Below are positions 38,478-48,461 of a DNA stretch of 64,000 bases, one piece after another; positions within the stretch are counted from its first letter, which is position 1, and every line of letters starts with the position of its first letter. The notes beneath the pieces are model-generated. The model was not told where the DNA came from, did no database searches, and was given only the letters and a program-made list of their open reading frames with translations. Origin of the DNA: an uncultured delta proteobacterium (GTDB taxonomy: Bacteria; Desulfobacterota; WTBG01); the NCBI GenBank assembly GCA_963752035.1, contig CAVVWZ010000028.1:7738-71737 (forward strand). Reading direction: 5' to 3'. Position numbers and translations under genes: made by a program.

Positions 38478-39845
38478 ATGGCTGGTATGATGAACGATGT
38501 TAATGATCGATTTTCAGAGTATAAGACGATTTGGACTGTATCCGAGCTTACCCAAAAGGTCAAAACCCGCCTGGAGGCTGATTTTGAAGAGGTCTGGGTA
38601 GAAGGGGAAATATCCAATTTGCGGCGTCCTTCTTCTGGACACTCGTATCTAACCCTGAAGGATGATAAAAGTCAGATAAGAGCTGTAATCTTCAGATTTA
38701 TGGGCAGATACCTCAAGTTTGAGCCAGAAGATGGCATGCTGGTTATTTGCAGGGGGAAAATTAGTGTTTATGAACCGAGGGGAGAATACCAGTTAATCCT
38801 TGATTACATGGAACCGAAAGGGGTTGGTGCACTGCAACTCGCCTTCGAGCAGTTGAAGGAAAAGCTTGGCAAAGAGGGTTTGTTTGCAGCAGACCATAAA
38901 AAGCCACTTCCCTATCTGCCCCGAAAAATAGGTATTGTTACTTCCCCAACAGGAGCAGCTGTTAGAGATATTCTAAACGTTATCGGGAGGAGATTTCCCA
39001 CCATGTCTATTCTGATCACTCCCGTAAAAGTTCAAGGGGAGGGATCAGCGCAGGAGATTGCACGTGCTATTGATGGGTTAAACCGGATGGACGATATTGA
39101 TGTGATTATCGTGGCACGGGGAGGTGGGTCCCTTGAAGATTTGTGGTCGTTCAATGAAGAATGTGTTGCCAGGGCCATGTATCGTTCATCCATTCCGGTT
39201 GTTTCGGCAGTTGGGCACGAAATTGATTTTACCATAGCTGATTTTGTTGCTGATCTGCGTGCTCCCACCCCCTCCGCGGCAGGAGAATTGGTGGTGCGTG
39301 ACAAGGGGGAGTTGGTTAACTTCATCGAGTCCCTTTCTGACCGCTTGAGAAACCGGATCCTTAAGACACTTGAGACTGAGAAAAAGCACTCCCAGTTGGT
39401 CATGAAGCGTTTGCCTGACCTCCGTTTCAGATTGAGCGATCTGCAACTGAGGGTTGATGATTTGAAAAGTCACTTAACCCCACGTGTACATAACCTGCTC
39501 CGCTTTCAAAAAGAGGTGTTGAAGGGGAGTACCATGCGGTTGTCATTACGCAATCCGAAATCTATTATCCAGGACTGTTTTACCCGTGTTTCACTCAATG
39601 AGAAGATGCTAACTGACAGTTTACATCTCATGCTCAGGGAAGCCCGACAGGCGGTAGAAAGTTCAGCGGGAAAATTAGACAGCTTAAGTCCATTGCGTGT
39701 GTTAGAACGGGGATATAGTATCACAAGGATACTTAGCTCCCAGCAGGTTGTGAAAGAGAGCAGCATGGTCTCACAAGGAGACCGGGTCAATGTTGTGCTG
39801 GGGAAGGGCACTATCGATTGTAAGGTTGAAAAAGTTCACGAGTAA
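38478..39845 (+). CDS. xseA: exodeoxyribonuclease VII large subunit
   Basis: ..WTVSELTQKVKTRLEADFEEVWVEGEISN.. OB-fold N-terminus and catalytic core ..IGIVTSPTGAA..ARGGGS.EDLW.FN... True start is among Met47-51 of the track ORF. Confidence 0.9.
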   Translation: MAGMMNDVNDRFSEYKTIWTVSELTQKVKTRLEADFEEVWVEGEISNLRRPSSGHSYLTLKDDKSQIRAVIFRFMGRYLKFEPEDGMLVICRGKISVYEPRGEYQLILDYMEPKGVGALQLAFEQLKEKLGKEGLFAADHKKPLPYLPRKIGIVTSPTGAAVRDILNVIGRRFPTMSILITPVKVQGEGSAQEIARAIDGLNRMDDIDVIIVARGGGSLEDLWSFNEECVARAMYRSSIPVVSAVGHEIDFTIADFVADLRAPTPSAAGELVVRDKGELVNFIESLSDRLRNRILKTLETEKKHSQLVMKRLPDLRFRLSDLQLRVDDLKSHLTPRVHNLLRFQKEVLKGSTMRLSLRNPKSIIQDCFTRVSLNEKMLTDSLHLMLREARQAVESSAGKLDSLSPLRVLERGYSITRILSSQQVVKESSMVSQGDRVNVVLGKGTIDCKVEKVHE

Positions 39846-39871
39846 TTACCACACTACTTCCGGGGAGAACC

Positions 39872-40105
39872 ATGGCAGCAAAAAAATTTGATGAATCTTT
39901 AAAAAAGCTGGAAGACATTGTAGCCAGACTGGAAGAGGGTGATTTAGCCCTCGAGGAGTCTCTCAAACTGTTTGAAGAAGGAATCAAACTGTCCCGCCTG
40001 TGCACCAAACAGCTGGAAGAGGCCGAACGAAAAGTAGAGATACTGCTGAAACATGAAGAGGGAACAGTTACAACCAAACCCTTCAATGAAGAAGAGGACA
40101 GTTAA
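39872..40105 (+). CDS. xseB: exodeoxyribonuclease VII small subunit
   Basis: 77 aa: FDESLKKLEDIVARLEEGDLALEESLKLFEEGIKL... Confidence 0.9.
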   Translation: MAAKKFDESLKKLEDIVARLEEGDLALEESLKLFEEGIKLSRLCTKQLEEAERKVEILLKHEEGTVTTKPFNEEEDS

Positions 40106-40117
40106 ACGGTTAACACT

Positions 40118-42034
40118 ATGGCACGACTTTTAGAAAAAATCCATGATCCTGCCGATCTAAGGCTCTTAGCCCCTGAGCAATTACCACAGCTTGCTCAAGA
40201 GATTCGGGAGGAGATTATCAAAACGGTATCACAAACCGGGGGACACCTGGCATCGAGCCTGGGAGTGGTGGAACTCACTATTGTGCTCCACTATATTTTT
40301 AACACTCCACACGACAAGATTATCTGGGATGTTGGTCACCAATCATATGCCCACAAAATTCTGACCGGCAGGCAGGAGTCCTTTCAGACACTGCGCCAAC
40401 ACCGTGGGATGAGCGGGTTTCCCCGCAGAGAAGAGAGTAACTACGACACCTTTAATGTTGGCCACAGCAGCACTTCTATTTCTGCTGCCCTGGGCATAGC
40501 TCAGGCCCGTTGTCTTAAAAAGGAAGACTACAAAGTGCTTGCTGTCATTGGTGATGGATCGTTGATGGCGGGAATTGCACTGGAAGGTTTGAACCAGGCC
40601 GGACATATTAAAAAGGACCTCATCGTTATATTAAATGATAACGAGATGTCCATTTCACCGAATGTAGGTGGTCTAGCAGCATACCTTTCCAGGATTATAA
40701 CAGGGCAGTTTTATAACCGGTTTAAAGATGAGGTAACCTCTTTTGTTAAGACAATTCCCGGTATTGGTAGATCTGTTTTGAAGGTAGCAAAACAATCTGA
40801 AGAATTCTTAAAAGGGTTGTTGGTTCCGGGGCTTCTTTTTGAGGAGCTGGGTTTTCGCTATGTTGGCCCCATCTCCGGTCACCGCTTTGATCACCTGCTG
40901 GAAAATCTGAGAAATGTCAGCAAATTGACCGGCCCCACTCTGGTTCATGTACTCACCAGCAAGGGAAAGGGTTATAAGCCTGCTGAAGAAGACCCCATTT
41001 CCTTTCACGGGACCGGACCGTTTAATACAACAAACGGAAAACCTCTTTCGAAAAAGGTGCAACCCCCGACCTATACAAAAGTATTTGCAGAAACCCTCAT
41101 CAAGCTGGCCCGGACTGATGAGCGCATCGTTGCCATAACCGCTGGTATGCCCAGTGGAACCGGCCTGGATGTGTTTCATGAAAAATTTCCTGAACGATTC
41201 TACGATGTGGGTATTGCGGAGCAGCATGCCATAACCTTTGCAGCAGGGATGGCAACACAGGGGCTCAGACCCATGACTGCCATTTATTCAACGTTTTTGC
41301 AGCGGGGATATGACCAGGTGCTGCACGATGTATGTTACCAGAAGCTCCCGGTGGTCTTTGTGCTTGATCGGGCCGGTATTGTAGGTGAGGACGGCGCTAC
41401 ACATAACGGTTTGTTTGATATCTCGTATTTGAGAAGTATACCCAATATCATTATCATGGCACCAAAGGACGAAAATGAATTACAGCATATGTTGAGAACA
41501 TCACTGGCACTGGACTGTCCTGTTGCTATCCGCTATCCCCGGGGTAAAGGATACGGTGTGAAACTGGATGAAGAACTTAAAGTTCTTGAGTGTGGAAAGG
41601 CAGAAATAGTGCACCCTGGGGAGGACCTTGCTCTTTTTGCGGTTGGGGCAACTGTTTATCCTGCACTTCGCGCCGCAGAACAACTCGAACAAGAGGGAAT
41701 AGGGGTGTCAGTTATTAACTCCAGGTTTATCAAGCCACTTGATAGTGATCTGATAGGTGACCTGGCACGAAAGACCGGCAGGATCCTGACTGTTGAAGAG
41801 AATGTACTTGCCGGGGGTTTTGGCAGTGCAGTTTTAGAAGTATTGCAGGATCGTGATATCCAGGGCGTAAAAGTGAAGTGTCTGGGTATTGATGATGTGT
41901 TTGTGGAGCATGGTGCTCAGAATATCATTCGCAAGAAGTATGGATTGGACACAGAAGGGATTGTGAGTTCAGCACGGGAGATACTACATGGGCACGGCAA
42001 ATGCTCATCGGGAAAAGAAAGATCGCTTGGATAA
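40118..42034 (+). CDS. dxs: 1-deoxy-D-xylulose-5-phosphate synthase
   Basis: 638 aa: GGHLASSLG, DVGHQSYAHKILTGR, TPP motif IGDGSLMAG..NDN. Confidence 0.95.
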   Translation: MARLLEKIHDPADLRLLAPEQLPQLAQEIREEIIKTVSQTGGHLASSLGVVELTIVLHYIFNTPHDKIIWDVGHQSYAHKILTGRQESFQTLRQHRGMSGFPRREESNYDTFNVGHSSTSISAALGIAQARCLKKEDYKVLAVIGDGSLMAGIALEGLNQAGHIKKDLIVILNDNEMSISPNVGGLAAYLSRIITGQFYNRFKDEVTSFVKTIPGIGRSVLKVAKQSEEFLKGLLVPGLLFEELGFRYVGPISGHRFDHLLENLRNVSKLTGPTLVHVLTSKGKGYKPAEEDPISFHGTGPFNTTNGKPLSKKVQPPTYTKVFAETLIKLARTDERIVAITAGMPSGTGLDVFHEKFPERFYDVGIAEQHAITFAAGMATQGLRPMTAIYSTFLQRGYDQVLHDVCYQKLPVVFVLDRAGIVGEDGATHNGLFDISYLRSIPNIIIMAPKDENELQHMLRTSLALDCPVAIRYPRGKGYGVKLDEELKVLECGKAEIVHPGEDLALFAVGATVYPALRAAEQLEQEGIGVSVINSRFIKPLDSDLIGDLARKTGRILTVEENVLAGGFGSAVLEVLQDRDIQGVKVKCLGIDDVFVEHGAQNIIRKKYGLDTEGIVSSAREILHGHGKCSSGKERSLG

Positions 42035-42755
42035 AATGCTGGTGGAAAGAGGATTGGTTGAAAGCAGGCACAAGGCCCAGGCCCTCATAATGGAAGGGAA
42101 AGTGTGGGTTGAGGGCAAACGAGTGGAGAAAGCAGGCGTCCAGGTAAGACAAGAGGCAGTGATTGAAATCAGGGGGGAGACCTGTCCCTATGTGAGCCGC
42201 GGGGGTACAAAACTGGAGAAGGCACTTGATCACTGGCAGCTTCCCGTCCGGGGTAAAATATTTCTTGATGCGGGGGCCTCTACCGGAGGGTTTACCGACT
42301 GTCTTTTGCAGCGGGGAGCAGACAGGGTATTTGCTGTTGATGTGGGATACGGTCAGCTTGCATGGAAATTACAGTGTGACGAACGGGTAGTGAATATTGA
42401 AAGGACCAATATTCGCTACCTTGAGAAAACACAACTTACCGGTGAGCCGGATAGCGCAGTGATTGATGTTTCCTTTATTTCCTTGAGGAAAGTAATTCCT
42501 AAAGTGCTTGAATTGATTAAAAAGGGCGGAGATATTCTAGCGTTAATCAAACCTCAATTTGAAGTTGCAAAAGGGGAAGTAGGAAAACGAGGGGTTATAA
42601 GGGATGCACGCACCCATGAAAGTGTGATCGAGGAGATTTCTTCTTTTGCATTAGAGACTGGACTTACTGTACGGGGTGTTGTGGAGTCTCCGCTTATGGG
42701 GCCGAAAGGGAACAGGGAGTTTTTTATTTACCTGAAAGAAGAAGGGAGCACCTAG
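41988..42755 (+). CDS. tlyA: TlyA family rRNA (cytidine-2'-O)-methyltransferase
   Basis: S4 domain (RLDKMLVERGLVESRHKAQALI) plus an FtsJ-like SAM domain (LDAGASTGGFTDCLLQRGA). Overlaps the dxs 3' end by ~47 nt, and the start could be slightly later. Confidence 0.85.
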   Translation: MGTANAHREKKDRLDKMLVERGLVESRHKAQALIMEGKVWVEGKRVEKAGVQVRQEAVIEIRGETCPYVSRGGTKLEKALDHWQLPVRGKIFLDAGASTGGFTDCLLQRGADRVFAVDVGYGQLAWKLQCDERVVNIERTNIRYLEKTQLTGEPDSAVIDVSFISLRKVIPKVLELIKKGGDILALIKPQFEVAKGEVGKRGVIRDARTHESVIEEISSFALETGLTVRGVVESPLMGPKGNREFFIYLKEEGST

Positions 42756-42795
42756 GGGCTGTAATACTATTATTGTTGCCAGATAGCAACCTGTT

Positions 42796-42899
42796 GTCAT
42801 TGCAAGGAGCAGAGCGACGAAGCAATCTTATTAAAAAATAGTAGTATGAGATTGCCACGCCCTTCGGGCTCGCGCCCTGAAGGATGACCTGGTCATCCT
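42796..42899. repeat. REP-like palindromic element (degenerate)
   Basis: gtcattgcaaggagcagagcgacgaagcaatct ... gagattgccacgcccttcgggctcgcg ... aggatgac-ctg-gtcatcct. Contains several nested short hairpins. Confidence 0.45.
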
Positions 42900-42985
42900 G
42901 AGGAAGTGCCCTTGGGGTGCAATTACTCTTATTTTAATGTACAGTGCTAGGTGAGATTTATAATGGCGGGCTGTTGGTATGATAC

Positions 42986-44272
42986 TCATGCATCCAGCAA
43001 ATCCGGAGTAAGATTTTTCTGGTCTACTGGGCCCAGGGCAGAAAGCGAGAGACAGCTTCTGTCAAAGATGGTTTGACCGAGTTCTTTTACATCCTCTACA
43101 GTGACCTTATCAATGTTCTCCAGTATTTCCTGTAACGAAATGAATCGTTTGAAGTAGATTTCACATTTTGCCAACCGGGTCATTCGACTATCAACGCTTT
43201 CAGAAGCAAGCAGGGTATTTCCCTTGAGATGTTCTTTAGCTGTTCTCAGTTCAGCTTCAGAAATACCATTGTCCTTACATTTGTAAAGTTCTGCAAGAAC
43301 GACCTTAATTGCTTCCTCTGCCATCTTGTGGCTTACCCCCAGATAAACCGAAAAAACTCCCGTATCGAAAAAAGAAGAGAAGTATGAATAGATGGAATAG
43401 GCAAGCCCCTTTTTTTCCCGTATCTCCTGAAAGAGACGTGAACTCATACTGCCACCAAGGATGGTATTCAATACATAGCCTGCATACCGTAAAGAGTGAT
43501 CTTGCTGTATGCCTCTTGTTCCGATACAGAGATGAACCTGTTCCAGGTCTTTAGCATGGAGTGAAAAGCTTGAGACAGGCGTAACGGATTTGCGTACAGG
43601 ATTTGCGTTTCCCTTTTTTAACGCTCCAAAACTCTTGCTGAAACCATCCACAATCTGGTCGTGATTGAGATTCCCGGTGGCGGCAATAATGATTCTTGAG
43701 GGATCATAGTGTTTGTGTTGTAAAAATGAGATAAGCTTTTTTCGGTCAAGAGCTCTCACCGTCTCCACATTTCCTAAAATGGGTTGGGCGATTGGATGAT
43801 CCCTGAAGAAGGACTTGCTGAAAAGTTCCTGGATGTATTCATCAGGAGTGTCTTCAGAAAGGTGTATTTCCTGGATTATGACTTCCCGTTCCCGTTCTAT
43901 TTCCTGTGGATCAAAGGTGGAATTGAGAAATATATCGGAAATTAAGTCAAAGGCAACATCAATGGTGTTGTCAAGTACCTTTACATAGATGCCAGTGTAC
44001 TCTTTGCTGGTGAGGGCATTGAGTATCCCCCCGACGGAATCAATCTCTTTGGAGATGTCTAAAGCTGTACGTTTTTGAGTCCCCTTAAAGAACATGTGTT
44101 CAATAAAGTGGGCTATACCGTTCTGTTCAGTATCCTCATCCCGGGAGCCCGTCACAATCCATGCACCGAGGGAAATGGAACGAACATGGGAGATTTGCTC
44201 GGTAACAATGGTAACACCGTTATCGAGGATTGTTTTTTGATACATAGGATTGTGGGGTGATGAGGTTACCAT
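42986..44272 (-). CDS. M16 family zinc peptidase (pitrilysin-like)
   Basis: 428 aa with inverted zinc motif HFIEHMFFKGT (HxxEH). Conserved position downstream of pnp. Confidence 0.9.
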   Translation of the reverse strand: MVTSSPHNPMYQKTILDNGVTIVTEQISHVRSISLGAWIVTGSRDEDTEQNGIAHFIEHMFFKGTQKRTALDISKEIDSVGGILNALTSKEYTGIYVKVLDNTIDVAFDLISDIFLNSTFDPQEIEREREVIIQEIHLSEDTPDEYIQELFSKSFFRDHPIAQPILGNVETVRALDRKKLISFLQHKHYDPSRIIIAATGNLNHDQIVDGFSKSFGALKKGNANPVRKSVTPVSSFSLHAKDLEQVHLCIGTRGIQQDHSLRYAGYVLNTILGGSMSSRLFQEIREKKGLAYSIYSYFSSFFDTGVFSVYLGVSHKMAEEAIKVVLAELYKCKDNGISEAELRTAKEHLKGNTLLASESVDSRMTRLAKCEIYFKRFISLQEILENIDKVTVEDVKELGQTIFDRSCLSLSALGPVDQKNLTPDLLDA

Positions 44273-44276
44273 GGGA

Positions 44277-46370
44277 TTATTTTTGTGCGGGTGAATGATT
44301 TAATGCCTCTTTACGGCTCAGTTTGATTTTACCCTGTTTGTCAATCTCTAAGACCTTGACCATGACTTCGTCACCTTCCTTGAGTACATCCCGTACATTT
44401 TGCACACGTCCTTCGGCCAGCTGGGAAATGTGAACCAGACCATCGGTTCCCGGGAAAATTTCAACAAATGCCCCGAAATCCATGATGCGCTTTACCGTGC
44501 CACGGTAAATCTTATTGATTTCTGCTTCCTGGATTATGTTCTGGACCATATCAATGGCCTTCTGGACTGATTCAGAACTGCTGGAGTAAATGTTGACTTT
44601 CCCCGTATCGTCGATTTCAATCTTGGCTCCCGTTTGTTCGACTATGTTCTTAATGATCTTTCCACCGGGGCCTATAACATCGCCAATTTTATCCTGTTTA
44701 AGCTGTATGGTTGCAATACGGGGGGCCCAGGTTGACAGTGAAGATCGGGGCTCTTTTAAGGTTGTCTCCATCTTGTCTAAAATGAATAAACGGCCCTCCC
44801 GTGCCTGAGCAAGTGCCTTGCTTAGGATTTCGGGTGTGATGCCGGTAATCTTTATGTCCATTTGCAGTGCTGTAACCCCTTCCCGGGTTCCGGCAACTTT
44901 GAAATCCATGTCACCTATATGATCTTCATCCCCCAGTATGTCCGAAAGCACAATGAAGTCGTCGCCCTCCTTAATTAACCCGAGGGCTATTCCTGCTACA
45001 GGGGCTTTGATGGGCACACCGGCGTCCATGAGTGAGAGTATGGAACCGCATACGGTTGCCATAGAGGAAGAACCATTGGACTCCAGCACCTCGGAAACGA
45101 TCCGTATGGTATAGGGAAACTCATCTTTTAGAGGAAGCACTTTTGCAATGGCTTTTTCAGCCAGGGTTCCATGGCCAATTTCTCTTCTGCCCGGGGACCG
45201 GAGGAATTTTACTTCGCCGACAGAAAAGGGTGGAAAGTTGTAGTGGAGCATGAATGCCTTAGAACTGTTTTGCATAACTGAGTCAACCCGCTGCTCATCA
45301 GCTGTGGTGCCAAGGGTGGTTGATACGAGCACCTGAGTTTCTCCCCGGGTAAAGAGCGCTGATCCGTGTGTGCGGGGAAGAACACTCACCTCACTGGTAA
45401 TGTCACGTATCTCGTCAAAGGCCCTTCCACCAATTCTTGTTTTCTCTTTAGAAATAAGTTCCCGTATAATTTTTTGTTCCAGCTTGTCGCAAACGGTCCT
45501 GATCTCCTGTTCTCTGTCTTCATACTTGGGCAGCAGTGCCTCTACGGTTGACTTTCCGATCTGCCGTAAGGTTTCATACCGTTCCAGTTTCTCTGGCATA
45601 CGGATTGCCTGTGAAATTTTTTCAGAAGCAGCATCTATAACATCCTGTTTGAGATTTTCATCAATGGAGGGGGGAACGAAGTTCATTTTCGTTCTTCCTA
45701 CAGATGCTTTGAGCTCCTGTTGCATATTCACAATTTCCATGATGGATTGATGCCCAAATGAGATAGCGTCCGAGATAATCTGTTCGGGTTGCATGGAAGC
45801 CTCTCCCTCAACCATGACAACGGCATCCTTGCTGCCTGCTATGATGATTTCAAGTGTGCTGTTCTCTAACTGTTCATGGGAGGGGTTTATAATGAATTGG
45901 TCATCGATTCTTCCCACACGAATACCTGCAATAGGTCCATTGAAGGGGATGTTTGAAATCTCAAGTGCCGTTGAGGCACCGATAATTGCTAAAATGTCAG
46001 GATTGCATTCAGGATCGGCAGAAAGAACCGTAGCAATAATCTGGACATCATTGGTAAATCCATCAGGAAAGAGTGGTCTTAAGGGCCGGTCGATGAAACG
46101 GGATGTTAAGACTTCACGCTCATTAGGGCGCCCTTCACGTTTAAAAAAGCCTCCAGGTATCTTTCCAGCAGCATAGGTCATCTCCTGATAGTCTACGGTT
46201 AAGGGAAAGAAGCTTACCTTTTCCCTGGGTTCTTTGGAAGCAACAGCAGTGACTAAAACTATGCTGTCACCGTAGTGAACCGTAACAGACCCATTGGCCT
46301 GTTTTGCAATTTTGCCGGTTTCGATAGCGAATGCTCTTCCGCCCCAATTGGTTTCAATTTTTTTGCTCAT
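44277..46370 (-). CDS. pnp: polyribonucleotide nucleotidyltransferase
   Basis: Two RNase PH domains plus KH plus S1 (..[15 protein letters not shown]..). Start likely MSKKIETNW.. (track start 46406). Confidence 0.95.
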   Translation of the reverse strand: MSKKIETNWGGRAFAIETGKIAKQANGSVTVHYGDSIVLVTAVASKEPREKVSFFPLTVDYQEMTYAAGKIPGGFFKREGRPNEREVLTSRFIDRPLRPLFPDGFTNDVQIIATVLSADPECNPDILAIIGASTALEISNIPFNGPIAGIRVGRIDDQFIINPSHEQLENSTLEIIIAGSKDAVVMVEGEASMQPEQIISDAISFGHQSIMEIVNMQQELKASVGRTKMNFVPPSIDENLKQDVIDAASEKISQAIRMPEKLERYETLRQIGKSTVEALLPKYEDREQEIRTVCDKLEQKIIRELISKEKTRIGGRAFDEIRDITSEVSVLPRTHGSALFTRGETQVLVSTTLGTTADEQRVDSVMQNSSKAFMLHYNFPPFSVGEVKFLRSPGRREIGHGTLAEKAIAKVLPLKDEFPYTIRIVSEVLESNGSSSMATVCGSILSLMDAGVPIKAPVAGIALGLIKEGDDFIVLSDILGDEDHIGDMDFKVAGTREGVTALQMDIKITGITPEILSKALAQAREGRLFILDKMETTLKEPRSSLSTWAPRIATIQLKQDKIGDVIGPGGKIIKNIVEQTGAKIEIDDTGKVNIYSSSSESVQKAIDMVQNIIQEAEINKIYRGTVKRIMDFGAFVEIFPGTDGLVHISQLAEGRVQNVRDVLKEGDEVMVKVLEIDKQGKIKLSRKEALNHSPAQK

Positions 46371-46424
46371 AGTGGTTGTACTCCTTTTGCTTGTAACAAT
46401 CGACACCCTGTAGTGGTGAGTAAC

Positions 46425-46694
46425 TTACTTTCTAATGCCCAGTTCATCAATGAGCTTGCGATAGCGGGTCGGATCATTCCGCTTCAGATAGGTGAGTAAG
46501 CGCCTTCGCTGGTTCACGATTTTCAGCAATCCCTGACGGGAGTGATGGTCCTTTTTATGCATCTTAAAGTGTCCGGTAAGATAGGTGATCCTTTCGGTCA
46601 GAAGTGCAATCTGTACTTCTGGAGAACCCGTATCCGAATCGTGGGTTTTGTGTTTTTCAATTATTTCTTTTTTTTGATCAGGCTCGAATGACAT
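46425..46694 (-). CDS. rpsO: 30S ribosomal protein S15
   Basis: 89 aa: ..[19 protein letters not shown]...[12 protein letters not shown].. Confidence 0.95.
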   Translation of the reverse strand: MSFEPDQKKEIIEKHKTHDSDTGSPEVQIALLTERITYLTGHFKMHKKDHHSRQGLLKIVNQRRRLLTYLKRNDPTRYRKLIDELGIRK

Positions 46695-46718
46695 TGATTC
46701 CTCCTCTAGTGATAGTTC

Positions 46719-47672
46719 TTAGTGTAACGTATTTTCGTGGGGGTTGAAAAAACAGACGAGTTTTAAAGCTTGATTCGTCTCGGGTGCTTTGCACAACTGA
46801 TGTGAATCTATAAGAGAGTGAACAAGTGCTATATGGGTGTCTCCCGGTGAGGAGACCTTTACTAAGTCACCCCTGTTGAGTGTTGTGCGAGAAAAGCTTT
46901 TTACCTGGGAAACGCAAACAGTTTTTCTCTTTCTGAGTAAGTCAATGAGATTATTGTCAACGATGAGGTTCGGTAAATTTTTAAATGATTTGGTCAGGGA
47001 CAACAAATTATCACGGGGCACGGTGTCTTGAGTGGTTGTTCGAAGCCGATCAAGTTTCATGGCATCTTCTAAATGGAATAGTCCGCTTTGGAGTCTTGTA
47101 AGCTCTACAAGATGTGCACCACATCCAAGTTTTGTGCCGCTATCGGCGCAAAGCGTTCTGACATAGGTCCCCGGGGAACAGCTTACCTCAAAGGTTACGT
47201 GGGGAAGGGTAATTTCAACCACCTTAAGCCCGTGTATGGAAATCGAGCGTGCTTTACGTTCAAGAGATATGCCTTTGCGGGCAAATTTGTAGAGAGGAGT
47301 GCCCCGAACTTTGAGCGCAGAGAACATTGGGGGGATCTGCTTGCTCGTGCCTGTAAAAGAGCTGAGCACCCGAATAATGTGCTCGTGGTCCGTTGGAATG
47401 TGATTGCTTTCCGCAATAACTTTACCTTCACGGTCCTGGCTATCAGTTTCAATACCTAATTTCATTGTTGCCCGATATTTTTTTGTGCCATTCATGAGAA
47501 AAGGAACAAGCTTTGTTGCTCTGTTAATAAAGAGCGGTAAGACACCTGTGGCAAGGGGATCGAGGGTTCCTCCATGTCCAACCTTTCGTGCTCCAAGGAT
47601 AGCCTTGACCTCTTTTACCACTCCAAATGAAGTGATACCAGGCGGTTTATCTACAATAAGCATTCCATCCAT
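46719..47672 (-). CDS. truB: tRNA pseudouridine(55) synthase
   Basis: GMLIVDKPPGITSF.., catalytic GHGGTLDPLATGVL, C-terminal PUA-like part. Start moved to MDGML... Confidence 0.9.
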   Translation of the reverse strand: MDGMLIVDKPPGITSFGVVKEVKAILGARKVGHGGTLDPLATGVLPLFINRATKLVPFLMNGTKKYRATMKLGIETDSQDREGKVIAESNHIPTDHEHIIRVLSSFTGTSKQIPPMFSALKVRGTPLYKFARKGISLERKARSISIHGLKVVEITLPHVTFEVSCSPGTYVRTLCADSGTKLGCGAHLVELTRLQSGLFHLEDAMKLDRLRTTTQDTVPRDNLLSLTKSFKNLPNLIVDNNLIDLLRKRKTVCVSQVKSFSRTTLNRGDLVKVSSPGDTHIALVHSLIDSHQLCKAPETNQALKLVCFFNPHENTLH

Positions 47673-47720
47673 ACACATTGTTCCATGGTAACTGAACTGA
47701 CCACTAACGTGGTACATGAG

Positions 47721-48077
47721 TTAACTCTGAGTTTCTTTTAAGCTGTCGAGAATATGATCTATTTTTGTTCCGTATGCTAAAGAGTGATCGTACTTAAAAA
47801 TAATTTCGGGTATATAACGCATCCGAAGTCTCTTGCCGAGTTGTTTTTTTATGAAGGAAGAGACCCGGCTAAGGGCATCCGCTGATTCCTCTGCCTGCTG
47901 TTCATCACCGAGGATAGTATAAAATACCTGCGCATGCTTAAGGTCTTTGGAAAGTTCCACATCAGTGATTGTTATAAACCCAATGTGGGGATCTTTTACT
48001 TCCTTGCAAAGCATCTCAGAAATTTCTTCTTTGAGGAGATCGGCAACACGAGTCGCCCGACTATACCCTTTGTTCAT
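47721..48077 (-). CDS. rbfA: ribosome-binding factor A
   Basis: 118 aa: RATRVADLLKEEISEML...DP..GFITITDVELS.DLKHA.V.. Confidence 0.9.
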   Translation of the reverse strand: MNKGYSRATRVADLLKEEISEMLCKEVKDPHIGFITITDVELSKDLKHAQVFYTILGDEQQAEESADALSRVSSFIKKQLGKRLRMRYIPEIIFKYDHSLAYGTKIDHILDSLKETQS

Positions 48078-48125
48078 AACCTCCTCTGTGTAATTGGTAG
48101 TTTCAAGAAGGTTCGGATAGGGAAG

Positions 48126-48413
48126 TTAAAAGGTGATAATTTCCATTTCAGCATGTTTAATTTCAGCACTGTTACTTTCTTCGATGAAATAAATGACTTT
48201 GTCCAGAGATGAGTTAACAAATCGTTTTTCATTTCCTGCTATGCAGAACCCTATTTGAGCACTCTGCCACAGGTCCTGGTTTCCTACCTCAGCAATTGAG
48301 ACATTAAACTTACTTTTTACCCGCCCGATAATACTTTTTACCACTCGCCGTTTTTCTTTCAGGGAATGATTATCTCTCAGTACCAAGTCCAAATGGCAGA
48401 TTCCTATGACCAT
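48126..48413 (-). CDS. DUF503 (YlxP-like) protein
   Basis: MVIGICHLDLVLRDNHSLKEKRRVVKSI.. is the typical DUF503 pattern. Located between infB and rbfA. Confidence 0.8.
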   Translation of the reverse strand: MVIGICHLDLVLRDNHSLKEKRRVVKSIIGRVKSKFNVSIAEVGNQDLWQSAQIGFCIAGNEKRFVNSSLDKVIYFIEESNSAEIKHAEMEIITF

Positions 48414-48461
48414 GCTGAGCTCGTAAGGTGTCGGAATGCTTAGTAGCGTAAGCCACAACTA

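Noticed and set aside
45370-46176. Two ~126-aa plus-strand ORFs.
   Set aside because: They are antisense shadows inside pnp.
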